Shown piece after piece: positions 56,705 to 64,000 of a stretch of 64,000 nt of DNA (position 1 is its first letter; each line of letters begins with the position of its first letter). Position numbers and translations under genes: made by a program. The notes under the pieces are model-generated. The model had not been told where the DNA came from, made no database searches, and saw only the letters and a list, made by a program, of their open reading frames with translations. The DNA comes from Planctomycetota bacterium (lineage in GTDB: Bacteria; Planctomycetota; UBA1135; GCA-002686595), in contig JBIKNC010000001.1 in the NCBI GenBank assembly GCA_044358925.1, positions 5,797-69,796 on the forward strand, written 5' to 3'.

Positions 56705-58138
56705 TCACTGACTCAGCGGTCGAGTCAACTTGACTTCCTGGTAGACGAAGCCGAGCTGATCGCGCTCGATCGACACCAGCAGGAGGTCGGGCGCCACGAG
56801 CTCACCGGGCGCGAACGTGCGACCGTTGATGAGCGCGACACGTTTGTCGGGACCGAGGTCCACGACACCACGCACGTCGAGCGGCAACTTGGCGAACTCG
56901 AGCACGGCCTGGGCCATGTGCTCGTAGTCGCGCAACTGAGTGACGTAGGGCTTGCGCTGCGGATCGCTCTCGGCCGCGGCAAGACGCCCTTCGATGCCTG
57001 CGAAGGCCTCGAGCGCGAGTTGGTACTCGCTGAGTTCGAGGTGACTGTGCATCGTCTCGACCGCTTGGCGCAGCACGGCGATCGGGACCTGTTGGTCGTC
57101 GGTCTCCGCCAACGACCGCCGGATGCGCGTGATCTCGTCGAGCACTTCCAGGCGGAATCGTTGTTTGGCGGGCAGGAACAGGAGTCGGCCTTCGCTCTCG
57201 ACGCGGCGCGCCTCCTCCTCCAGACCCGTCAGATCCTTCTCGAGCAGACTGCGCGACTCGATGTCGGCGATCAGGTTGTCCGCCTGCCGCCACTTCTCGA
57301 GCAACTCGACCGCGGCCTGCGTGCGTGCGACCAAGTCCTCGACGAGATAGATCTGCTTCTCGATCGAGAGGACGAGTTCGCCGGGACCGAGGTTGGCCGG
57401 CATGCGCGGATCGACCCACGGGTCGCGGCGCTGACGGTCGCCCTTGTAGTCGTAGGCCGGGATCGACATCTCGCGCTGACGCGCGGAGATCTCGGTCGCG
57501 AGCAGGTCGCGCTTGCGCTCGTAGCCTTCGATGTCGACGCGGCTGGATGCCGAACGCGGGCGGTAGACGTACGTCTCCACCTCCATCTCGACCTCGTGCC
57601 GCGCTTCGATCGCCTCGTCGGTGAGTTCGGCGTCGTAGCTGTCGCGCTTCGCTGCGGTGAGCTTGAACGACGGCACGCGCATCAGTCGCTCGTGACTCTC
57701 GACGCGGTCGAGGAAGTCGAGCATCTGGAACGCGTTGGCGTCGAACTTGATCTTGTAGGCGACCTTCTCGAAGTCGTCCTTCTCCTTCTTGTTGCGCGAC
57801 GTGCTGGCCTTCGTGAGATCGTCGATGCTCGAGATCTTCACGCCGGAGCGCTCCTCGAACTCGCGCAGCGTGCGCACGAAGTTCAGGATGTCCTCGTCGT
57901 TCGGCAGGATGCGGCGCGCGACTTCGTCGGTCTCGCGGCGCAGGATGACTTCGCGTTCGAGTCCGTTCGTCTTGCCGATCTTGGCGCGTGCCTGATCGAT
58001 CTGGCCGACGACCTCGACGACTTCGGTGCGCAACTTCTCGATCTGGTCCTTCTGCAACCAGACGAGTGTTCCGAGCAGCGCCGCACACGCGACGCCGACT
58101 CCGGTGATCACGAGGATGCGTTTCTTGGCTTCCATCAC
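56705..58138 (-). CDS. pilO: PilO-like protein with fused PilP-like / coiled-coil C-terminal extension
   Basis: Transmembrane segment plus coiled coil, ILP.DE....F, F..RVES..RLM, ETY.Y; then RRDPW and G.V....VALING. Position in pilMNO-Q. Confidence 0.7.
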   Translation of the reverse strand: MMEAKKRILVITGVGVACAALLGTLVWLQKDQIEKLRTEVVEVVGQIDQARAKIGKTNGLEREVILRRETDEVARRILPNDEDILNFVRTLREFEERSGVKISSIDDLTKASTSRNKKEKDDFEKVAYKIKFDANAFQMLDFLDRVESHERLMRVPSFKLTAAKRDSYDAELTDEAIEARHEVEMEVETYVYRPRSASSRVDIEGYERKRDLLATEISARQREMSIPAYDYKGDRQRRDPWVDPRMPANLGPGELVLSIEKQIYLVEDLVARTQAAVELLEKWRQADNLIADIESRSLLEKDLTGLEEEARRVESEGRLLFLPAKQRFRLEVLDEITRIRRSLAETDDQQVPIAVLRQAVETMHSHLELSEYQLALEAFAGIEGRLAAAESDPQRKPYVTQLRDYEHMAQAVLEFAKLPLDVRGVVDLGPDKRVALINGRTFAPGELVAPDLLLVSIERDQLGFVYQEVKLTRPLSQ

Positions 58139-58803
58139 TTGCGCTCCTGCGGGGGCTGCAGTTGCAGGTCGAGGGTGAAGGAGAAGATCTCGGACGGGAT
58201 GAGACCTTCGTCCTCTTCCGCGACGCGACCGGTCGGCGGAGCCGGCGGGTTGAAGCCGTTCGCGAAGTCGGAGCGCGTCAGGTCTTCGAAGAAGTTCGCG
58301 ACGAGGCCGAAGTTCGGCGAGCCGCTGTAGCCCTCGGCGCGGAACGTGCCGCCCGAGGTCGGTGTCTTGTTGCGGCCGCTGGTACCGACCTGCTGGACGA
58401 CGTTCAGGTTGTTGAGCCAGATCAAGTAGCTCTCACCGCGCGGCGCTTCGCCGCTGCGGCCTTCGCCGCCGCTGTTGATGACGTCGACGAGTTGGTCGAC
58501 CTTCTCGGTCCAGTTCACGCGGCCCGTCGTGATCTCGGCCAGCGTGCCTTCGCGCGACTCGAACAGCTTGTTCTCGGCCACGAGGTCCTCGTGGTAGTCG
58601 AGCTGCGGTTTCAGCGACGCGAGGTCGCTCTGCTTGATCTCGAGTTCGTGCCCGACGTTCGACTTCGTTCCGAAGAACAGCGAGCCGAGCCACGCGAGGA
58701 GAACGGCGTTGACCGTCACGGCCGCGCCGATGGCGGCGAACGTCTGCGCCGGCGTGCGGCGCTGCCGGACGAACTCTTCCGGCAAGAGGTTGATGAGGAT
58801 CAT
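58135..58803 (-). CDS. pilN: Type IV pilus assembly protein PilN
   Basis: MILINLLP motif, transmembrane segment, coiled coil, IWL..L. Follows pilM. Confidence 0.8.
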   Translation of the reverse strand: MILINLLPEEFVRQRRTPAQTFAAIGAAVTVNAVLLAWLGSLFFGTKSNVGHELEIKQSDLASLKPQLDYHEDLVAENKLFESREGTLAEITTGRVNWTEKVDQLVDVINSGGEGRSGEAPRGESYLIWLNNLNVVQQVGTSGRNKTPTSGGTFRAEGYSGSPNFGLVANFFEDLTRSDFANGFNPPAPPTGRVAEEDEGLIPSEIFSFTLDLQLQPPQERK

Positions 58804-59840
58804 GCTGCCAGCACCCGGACCGCGAGGCCCATGGCGACCGCGAGCGAAGCGCTGCTCGATTCGAGTGCAGCCACGTCGACGCGATCGGAGTCGACCACCA
58901 TCCCCTCGAGAGGGTTCCACAGCGTCGCGCTGCGTCCGGTGGCTTGTTCGATGTATGCAACCGCACCCGGCGCGAGCACGCCGCCGCCGGAGAGCTTCAC
59001 CTCGTCGACACGCACACCTTCGCGGTTCTCCACGAAGTCGAGCGACAGGTTGAGTTCGGCGACGAGGTCTTCGAGGACCGGCCCGATCGTGCGGCTGACC
59101 TCGATCTCGCGTTCACCGGGGTTGCACTTGAGAGCCTCGGCGTCCGCCTCGTCCATGTTGAGGCGACGGCTGATGGCCTTGGTCATGTCCATGCCGCCGA
59201 TGCCGATCTCGCGGCTGAAGCACGTCTCGCCGCCGCGCAGCACGTTGATCTGCGTGCGCGATGCACCGACGTCGACGAGCGCGGTCGCGACGCCGTCCGT
59301 GTTCGCCACTTCGGCGCCGGAGTTCAGGCGCGCCTGTTCCCAAGCGTTCGCGAGTGCGAATGCGTCGACGTCGACCGCGAGCGGTACGAGCCCGTGGCTC
59401 GCGACCTGCTGCAGACGGCCGTGGACGACGCCCTTCTGGCACCCGACCGCGACGACGCCGATCTTCTCGCCGTCCGATTCACCGGAAGGCGCGTGAGCGA
59501 GCTTCTGGCAATCGAAGACGAGGTCTTCGGTCGCGAAGGGGAAGTACTTGTCGCTCTCGAGCTCGATCGCTTGTCGAACTTCGGGCAACGACATCGGCAC
59601 CATCGCGAGGTAACGCACGACCACCGACTGACCGGCGATCGACGTGACCACTTGTCTGGCGCGGATGCCGCCGGCGGAGAGCAACTCCCCCACGGCCGCT
59701 TCGCGACTCGACGCATCGCGCAAGGCGAGGCGTGCGAAGCCGCTGATCACGGGACCGGCGGGTTCGAGAGTGATCTCGATCGCCTTGAGGTACTGACTGC
59801 CGAGGTCGAGACCGACGACGCTCTTCTGTTTACGGAACAC
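58800..59840 (-). CDS. pilM: Type IV pilus assembly protein PilM
   Basis: VGLDLGS..LK, VVVR, Y.PF, VDVD.FAL.N, ALVDVGA..T, R.I.IGG...T..I, LSGGG, A.GLA.R. Confidence 0.9.
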   Translation of the reverse strand: MFRKQKSVVGLDLGSQYLKAIEITLEPAGPVISGFARLALRDASSREAAVGELLSAGGIRARQVVTSIAGQSVVVRYLAMVPMSLPEVRQAIELESDKYFPFATEDLVFDCQKLAHAPSGESDGEKIGVVAVGCQKGVVHGRLQQVASHGLVPLAVDVDAFALANAWEQARLNSGAEVANTDGVATALVDVGASRTQINVLRGGETCFSREIGIGGMDMTKAISRRLNMDEADAEALKCNPGEREIEVSRTIGPVLEDLVAELNLSLDFVENREGVRVDEVKLSGGGVLAPGAVAYIEQATGRSATLWNPLEGMVVDSDRVDVAALESSSASLAVAMGLAVRVLAA

Positions 59841-60090
59841 GAAGGAACCCCCTGGGTACCGCGGGCGGACGAATGCCCAACCGCTGGACACGTTCGGGGT
59901 CCCTTTCGACAGCGGTGCGCGGGCCGCATGAGGTCAGTGCCGAGCTTCGTCGGCTCACGACCGGATCCGCGTCAGGAGCGGGACGTCGCGCGGCCCCAAG
60001 GCCTTGCGCCCGTGCCGACGCGGCGCGGAGGACGAGGCGCGCGCTGGGCCGCCGTACGGCCCGGAACGTCGACGGCGCCGAGGCCGGCGG

Positions 60091-60378
60091 TCAGGACAGG
60101 GCTTCGCCGAAGCCGTTGGCGAAGAGCTGCTCGAGCGCTCCGATCAACTCGGCGGCGTCCGGGCCGCGCGCTTCGACCGACAGGACGGCTCCTTGCGAGG
60201 CGTCGAGTGTCATCAACTCGAGGATGCTCTTGCCGTTGACCGTGCGGCCATGGAACGAGATCGCGACGGTCGAACGGTGGCGCAGCGCGAGGGTCACGAC
60301 GGCATGGCACGGCCGTGCGTGCAAGCCACTCGCGTTGACCACGCGCAACGTCCCGGTCGAGTGCGGTTCGGCGTTCAC
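60091..60378 (-). CDS. ptsH: Phosphocarrier protein HPr/NPr
   Basis: N..GLHARP (phospho-His) and NGKSILELMTL (Ser46 region). Confidence 0.92.
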   Translation of the reverse strand: MNAEPHSTGTLRVVNASGLHARPCHAVVTLALRHRSTVAISFHGRTVNGKSILELMTLDASQGAVLSVEARGPDAAELIGALEQLFANGFGEALS

Positions 60379-60406
60379 GCGGCGGCGGCGGACGTGTGCA
60401 TGACGC

Positions 60407-60901
60407 TCACGCTCCGCCCATCTCCTTGAGGAGATCGACGAGCTGCGTGCGATTCGTCGCGGCGAGAGCGAAGCGCCGGAAGTCCTCCTTCCGAGCGATG
60501 CGGCTGACCCAACGCATGACCTCGAGGTGGCGTTCGCCGTCGTGCTCCGAAGTCTCGGCCGGCGGTCGGAAGACGGCGAAGACGATGCGCACGGGCGCGC
60601 CGTCGATCGAACGCCAGGCGATCTCGTGCTTCGCGACCGAGAGCGAGAGCACCGCGGCCTCGAGCCCCGGGAGAACGACGTGCGGGATCGCGACGCTCGA
60701 GCCGACGCTCGTCGAGGCGAGCTTCTCCCGCTCGATCAGGACCCGAACGGCAGGCTTCGCGAGTTCCGCCGCCAGCACCTTCGCCTTCACGAGGTTCGCG
60801 ACGATCTCGTCGAAGACCTCCGGCTGCTCCTTGCCTTTGAGCCCGACCGAGCACGCCGAGGGTTTGAAGTGCTTCCAGTAGAGCGACGTCTCGGTCGTCA
60901 T
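60407..60901 (-). CDS. ptsN: PTS IIA component (fructose/mannitol/Ntr type)
   Basis: ERE...ST.VG..VAIPH, I.W.S.DG.PV..VF, HL..M..SR. Confidence 0.8.
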   Translation of the reverse strand: MTTETSLYWKHFKPSACSVGLKGKEQPEVFDEIVANLVKAKVLAAELAKPAVRVLIEREKLASTSVGSSVAIPHVVLPGLEAAVLSLSVAKHEIAWRSIDGAPVRIVFAVFRPPAETSEHDGERHLEVMRWVSRIARKEDFRRFALAATNRTQLVDLLKEMGGA

Positions 60902-61040
60902 CGACGTGCCTCGTGAAATGAGGAGGGCCGGAGGGGACCGGTGGGCGGAGGATACCAACTCCGCGCTCACCCTTCCCGTCCGGCCCTCCGCGGCCGCAGC
61001 CGCTGTCAGCGGCCTCGGCTACTGCAGCCGAGGCACCGAC

Positions 61041-61349
61041 TCAGGCGCCTTCGCGACGCTGCAGGTCTCTGTGGCGATCCTCGCGACGCCTCAAGGCGCG
61101 TTCGAGGCGGTGAACGGCCTCGTTGACGGCTCCGAGCAGGCTGTCCGCTCGCGCTTCGACTCGATGGACGCTGCGCCCCCAACTCGACGCCACGAGTTCG
61201 ACGCGGTGGATCGCACGTTCGCGATCGATCACGGCTCGCACGTGGTTGGCGCCGTCCGCGATGCGCTCGAGAACGCTGACGCGTTCGCGCACCATTGCCG
61301 TCGCTTCCGGGGGGTAGCTCTCGTGAGGAGTACTGATGTCCAGTTCCAT
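61041..61349 (-). CDS. hpf: Ribosome hibernation factor HPF/RaiA-like
   Basis: 102 aa, beta-alpha-beta-beta-beta-alpha pattern, D.L.A...A..RLER.LRR. Synteny with PTS IIA and HPr. Confidence 0.7.
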   Translation of the reverse strand: MELDISTPHESYPPEATAMVRERVSVLERIADGANHVRAVIDRERAIHRVELVASSWGRSVHRVEARADSLLGAVNEAVHRLERALRRREDRHRDLQRREGA

Positions 61350-61515
61350 GTGTCCACGGGCTCCAAAGATGTCCGCCGATCCCTCGCGACGCGGCCCACG
61401 CCCGTCGCCCCACGAAATCGGTCGTTGATGCCGAATCTACATCCGACGCTCAGCGGCGGGTGGCTTCGACACCACCCGACGCATCGACACACTCGTGGTT
61501 CGGAATCGAGTGCGA

Positions 61516-62313
61516 TCAGCCCCGGAAGAACCCCGCCCCGCCGCGCGGGCCGACAACTCGGCGCACCAGCACGGGTTGCGGATAGAGCACCTTGAGGAGC
61601 CACAAACCGTGTGCCGGAGCCGTGGCCCCGGCCAGGGAGCGCTCCCCCGCCGAGAGCATCGCGCTCACCTCCTCGGGCGCCGTCCGACCGCGCCCGACGT
61701 CCAGCAGCGTGCCCGCGATCGTGCGCACCATGTTGTAGAGGAAGCCGTCGCCCTCGACGACGATCGCGAAACCGCGCCGCCGAGCGACGACACGCACCGC
61801 ACGCACCGTGCGCACGTTCGACGAACGCGGCGAACCGCTCGACGCGAACGCGCTGAAGTCGCGCCGCCCTTCGATCAGGCGCGCCGCCGCGCGCACACGC
61901 GCGAGGTCGAGCGGCTCGCGCACGAAGTGCGAGAACCGGCCCGAGAACGGACCGCGCACGGCGTCCGTGTCGACGCGGTACAGGTAGCGCTTGCCGCGCG
62001 CGTGGAAGCGCGCGTGGAAGTCGTCGGCGCAGGTTTCGAGCGCGACGACCGCGGCGCCCTCCGGAAGATGAGCGTTGAGCGCGTGCAGGAGGCGCTCGTC
62101 CGACAGGCGCGTGCCCGTGTGGAAACTCGCGACCTGGCCGAGCGCGTGCACGCCCGTGTCCGTGCGGCCGGCGCCGTGCACCACGGAGGTCTCGCCCGCG
62201 ACGGCTTCGAGGGCTTCCTCCAGCGACTGCTGCACGGAATCGAAGCCGTCCTGTCGCTGCCAGCCGAAGAAGCGCGAGCCGTCGTAGGCGATCTTGGCGC
62301 GGACGTTGCGCAT
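61516..62313 (-). CDS. truA: tRNA pseudouridine(38-40) synthase
   Basis: IAYDGS.F.GWQRQ, GAGRTDTGVHA.GQ, FHARF, Y.Y, DF.AF, GFLYNMVR, TAPAHGL.L..V.Y. Confidence 0.96.
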   Translation of the reverse strand: MRNVRAKIAYDGSRFFGWQRQDGFDSVQQSLEEALEAVAGETSVVHGAGRTDTGVHALGQVASFHTGTRLSDERLLHALNAHLPEGAAVVALETCADDFHARFHARGKRYLYRVDTDAVRGPFSGRFSHFVREPLDLARVRAAARLIEGRRDFSAFASSGSPRSSNVRTVRAVRVVARRRGFAIVVEGDGFLYNMVRTIAGTLLDVGRGRTAPEEVSAMLSAGERSLAGATAPAHGLWLLKVLYPQPVLVRRVVGPRGGAGFFRG

Positions 62314-62381
62314 GTCGTTCGAGAGCGTAGCGGCGAGGGGCCGCCGTTCTGGAGGCCGCGACCGCTAGCCTGCTGCGTTCC

Positions 62382-64000
62382 ATGGCCGAGATCGAACTCT
62401 CCGGTGTCACCGTCACCTTCGGCGGACGACCTCTCATCGACCGCGTCGACCTCACCGTCGAACGCGGCGAGCGCGTCGGTCTGCTCGGGCGCAACGGCGC
62501 CGGCAAGTCGACGCTCCTCAACGTGCTGCTCGGGCGCATCGTCCCCGACGAAGGCCGTGTGATGCGGCGCCCCGGCCTCGCGATCGGCGAACTCGCGCAG
62601 GACGTGCCGCGCGGTTTCGGCGGCACGGTCGCGGAACTGGTGCGCGCAGGTCTCGCCGACGACGAATCGGATTGGAGCGCGAAACGCGACGTGGAGCGCG
62701 AACTCGAACGCTTCGGCCTCGACGGCGACGATCAGGTCGCGAACCTGTCGGCCGGGTCGGTGCGCCGGGTGTTGCTCGCGCGCGCGCTCGCGAGCGGGCC
62801 GGACGTGCTCGTCCTCGACGAACCGACCAACCACCTCGACGTCGACGCGATCGCGGGGCTCGAGGAGCTGATGCTCGGGCGCGGCGGGACGCTCGTGTTC
62901 GTGACACACGACCGCACGTTCCTGCAGAACCTCGCGACGCGCATCGTCGACCTCGATCGCGGCCACCTCACCAGTTGGTCGTGCGACTACGCGACGTACC
63001 TCGAGCGCAAGGAAGCGGCGCTCACGTCCGAAGCCAAGACGAACCACGAGTTCGACAAGAAGCTGGCGCAGGAAGAAGTCTGGATCCGACAGGGCGTTCA
63101 GGCGCGCCGCACGCGCAACATGGGCCGTGTCCGGGCGCTGGTCGCGATGCGCGAGGAACGCCGCGCGCGCCGCGAGCGCGTCGCCGCACCGAAGGCCGGC
63201 TTGCACGGCGCGGCGAAGGGCATGACCGAACGCTCCGGCCAACTCGTCCTGCGCACGACCGGTGTGTCGTTCGCGTTCGGCGAAGGCGCCGAGCGCCGCC
63301 CGATCGTGCAGGGCCTCGACCTCGAGGTCTCGCGCCGCGACCGCATCGGCATCGTCGGCCCGAACGGCTGCGGCAAGAGCACGCTCGTGCGCCTCCTGCT
63401 CGGCGAACTCGCGCCCGACTCCGGCACGGTGCGCCTCGGCACGAACCTCGAGATCGGGCGCTTCGACCAGCTCCACGCCGTTCTCGACGAGACGAAGACC
63501 GTGATGGAGAACGTGTGCGGCAAGGCCGACACGATCACGATCGCCGGCCGGACGCGACACGCGATCTCGTACCTGTCGGACTTCCTCTTCTCGCCCGAAC
63601 AGTCGCGCGGCCCGATCGGTCGCCTGTCGGGCGGCGAGAAGAACCGCGTGCAGCTAGCGAAGTTGCTCGCGCGGCCGGCGAACCTGCTCGTGATGGACGA
63701 GCCGACGAACGACCTCGACGTCGAGACGCTCGAACTCTTGGAGCAGATCCTGCTCGAGTTCGAGGGCACGCTGCTGATCGTCAGCCACGACCGCACGTTC
63801 CTCGACAACGTCGTGACCTCGATCCTCGTGCACGAAGGCGAAGGCACGTGGAACGAGTACGTCGGCGGCTACGGCGACTGGAAGGCGAAGAAGGACGCAG
63901 AGCGCGCCGAGCGTGCGAAGGCCGAACGCGAGGCGGAAGCGCGCGCGCGCGCCAAGGAGAAGAACGCGCCGCGCGCCGCCGACGCGGGCAAACCGAAGGC
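62382..64000 (+). CDS. uup: ABC-F family ATPase Uup (runs off the window end)
   Basis: MAEIELSGVTVTFGG, GRNGAGKST, LDEPTNHLD, VTHDR.FL, E.WIRQG..ARRTRN.GRV, GPNGCGKST, LSGGEKNR, DEPTNDLD. Confidence 0.9.
   Translation, partial: MAEIELSGVTVTFGGRPLIDRVDLTVERGERVGLLGRNGAGKSTLLNVLLGRIVPDEGRVMRRPGLAIGELAQDVPRGFGGTVAELVRAGLADDESDWSAKRDVERELERFGLDGDDQVANLSAGSVRRVLLARALASGPDVLVLDEPTNHLDVDAIAGLEELMLGRGGTLVFVTHDRTFLQNLATRIVDLDRGHLTSWSCDYATYLERKEAALTSEAKTNHEFDKKLAQEEVWIRQGVQARRTRNMGRVRALVAMREERRARRERVAAPKAGLHGAAKGMTERSGQLVLRTTGVSFAFGEGAERRPIVQGLDLEVSRRDRIGIVGPNGCGKSTLVRLLLGELAPDSGTVRLGTNLEIGRFDQLHAVLDETKTVMENVCGKADTITIAGRTRHAISYLSDFLFSPEQSRGPIGRLSGGEKNRVQLAKLLARPANLLVMDEPTNDLDVETLELLEQILLEFEGTLLIVSHDRTFLDNVVTSILVHEGEGTWNEYVGGYGDWKAKKDAERAERAKAEREAEARARAKEKNAPRAADAGKPK

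Noticed and set aside
1-64000. tRNA, rRNA, integrase, transposase, prophage or defence genes
   Set aside because: No recognisable signatures found by eye. tRNAscan-SE, Rfam and DefenseFinder scans would be needed to exclude them formally.

Overview
Very GC-rich bacterial chromosomal window, densely coding, with most genes on the minus strand. Gene content and style suggest a planctomycete-like organism; this is an inference. I found no rRNA, tRNA, CRISPR array, integrase or transposase. Left part: partial SDR gene, comM, a TolC/MacA/ABC export operon, three glycosyltransferase-like (GT-C) or other multi-pass membrane proteins, cutA, proline dehydrogenase and a hydrolase cluster. From about 20 kb to 60 kb there is a dispersed but nearly complete type IV pilus system: pilin, pilT-pilB-pilC, pilD, a second PilT/PilU, a GspC-like PDZ protein, and pilM-pilN-pilO(P fusion)-pilQ. 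It is interleaved with four paralogous large Ig-like surface lipoproteins (two with glycine-rich domains) and with housekeeping genes (EF-G2, pyrB fusion, mnmE-like, coaX, rne-rplU-rpmA-obgE, hpf-PTS IIA-HPr, truA, uup). Most notable observations: (1) the four-paralog lipoprotein family with a shared C-terminal motif inside the pilus locus; (2) two copies of a composite palindromic element built from 9-nt repeats, each between convergent genes; (3) a TANNNT box 6-10 nt upstream of nine start codons, suggesting leaderless or near-leaderless mRNAs; (4) a PyrB fused to a PyrI zinc domain and an Ada-like tail; (5) translation-related GTPases with degenerate G4 motifs. All product calls come from motif recognition by eye, without database searches.
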